A stretch of DNA of 32,000 bases, taken from Gemmata obscuriglobus (GTDB taxonomy: Bacteria > Planctomycetota > Planctomycetia > Gemmatales > Gemmataceae). The stretch is taken from NCBI RefSeq assembly GCF_008065095.1, contig NZ_CP042911.1:7800001-7832000 (forward strand), in the 5' to 3' direction. A model generated the notes under the pieces. It had not been told where the DNA came from. It searched no databases and saw only the letters and a program-made list of their open reading frames with translations. The translations under genes and the position numbers were made by a program. Shown in pieces: positions 31,553-32,000 of the stretch (positions within the stretch are counted from its first letter, which is position 1; each line of letters starts with the position of its first letter).

Positions 31553-32000
31553 ATGACCACCCCCCTGCGACTACTCGCGTTTTTATCCGCCTTTTCCATC
31601 TGGGCGGGCCACGCCAACCGGTCGGCCGCGGGCGAGAGCGGCGATCTCAAAGGCACTTTGATCGACCGGGCCGAGGGCTGGCGGAACGTTAAGGACGCCA
31701 AACCCGCCCATCTGGTGTATGCCGCCGCTAACACCCACAACGGCAAGGTCATCCTCCGCCAGTCCATCACCTACCGCAGGGGGGCCGGTGCCCGGGTGGT
31801 CGTGGAGGCCGAGAAGACGATGCCGGCCGCGGGCGCTCGGGCCGCCTACGGAGTGAACCCCGACTACACCTTCATCGTCGGCCGGGGCGGGGGTGGCAAG
31901 CCCTGGTCGCTTCAAGGGTTGGGGAAGACTGCCGACGGGGAGATGCAACGCATGCTGGCGAACCGCTACCTGCTCGCTATCGAGCCCTGGCAGGTATTCC
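31553..32000 (+). CDS. Secreted hypothetical protein, N-terminal part (continues beyond window end)
   Basis: Absent from the track because it has no stop in the window. ATG 31553 gives MTTPLRLLAFLSAFSIWAGHANRSAAGESGDLKGTLIDRAEGWRNVKDAKPAHLVYAAANTHNGKVILRQSITYRRGAGARVVVEAEKTMPAAGARAAYGVNPDYTFIVGRGGGGKPWSLQGLGKTADGEMQRMLANRYLLAIEPWQVF, open to 32000. It begins with a signal-peptide-like N-terminus. Confidence 0.55.
   Translation, partial: MTTPLRLLAFLSAFSIWAGHANRSAAGESGDLKGTLIDRAEGWRNVKDAKPAHLVYAAANTHNGKVILRQSITYRRGAGARVVVEAEKTMPAAGARAAYGVNPDYTFIVGRGGGGKPWSLQGLGKTADGEMQRMLANRYLLAIEPWQVF

Noticed and set aside
31414-31948. Minus-strand ORFs 31414..31770 and 31583..31948
   Set aside because: They are antisense to the + strand secreted-protein frame, which has a signal peptide and stays open to the window end. 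Their translations are Arg/Gly/Pro/Ala-rich with no features.
1-32000. tRNA, rRNA or other classical RNA genes
   Set aside because: I scanned intergenic regions for T-loop-like GGTTCGAATCC-type strings and cloverleaf-sized structured blocks and found none. The only ggttcga occurrences (near 2628 and 12006) are inside coding sequence. A covariance-model scan would still be needed to exclude small ncRNAs.

Overview
High-GC bacterial chromosomal segment, by eye about two-thirds G+C. It most likely comes from a Planctomycetota genome of the Gemmataceae type. The support is a DUF1559/H-X9-DG pseudopilin-like protein, three TIGR02996-type N-terminal domains and a DUF1573 protein. I support about 30 protein-coding genes. 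Housekeeping genes: putA (5' part, runs off the window), a class I/II aminotransferase, the co-directional string asd-truA-aroA, an M81/MlrC-type peptidase, and dtd followed by a complete branched-chain amino-acid ABC transporter (two paralogous binding proteins, then livH, livM, livG, livF). Accessory-looking content: a stand-alone non-RD Ser/Thr kinase next to a DUF3754-like membrane protein; a GT-C-like membrane protein with a small partner; a + strand run of DUF1559 protein, membrane-anchored beta-propeller protein ending in CXXCH, ECF sigma, anti-sigma and a secreted coiled-coil protein; a decayed, internally deleted IS remnant with intact 23-bp terminal inverted repeats; a secreted HEXXH metallopeptidase fused to a cyclophilin domain; and three tandem TIGR02996 paralogs each carrying a conserved Cys4 module. 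At about 30400 the composition drops abruptly to AT-rich. A 5'-truncated coiled-coil gene fragment lies on one side of that junction. On the other side are a DUF1573 protein, a small secreted 6-Cys peptide with its own hairpin, and a further secreted protein. Gene junctions are populated by long imperfect palindromes built from short internal tandem motifs. I found no rRNA, tRNA or CRISPR array. Many long ORFs in the supplied track are out-of-frame or antisense shadows typical of high-GC DNA, and several true genes start well inside the listed ORF. All family assignments come from reading motifs and from memory. No searches were run.
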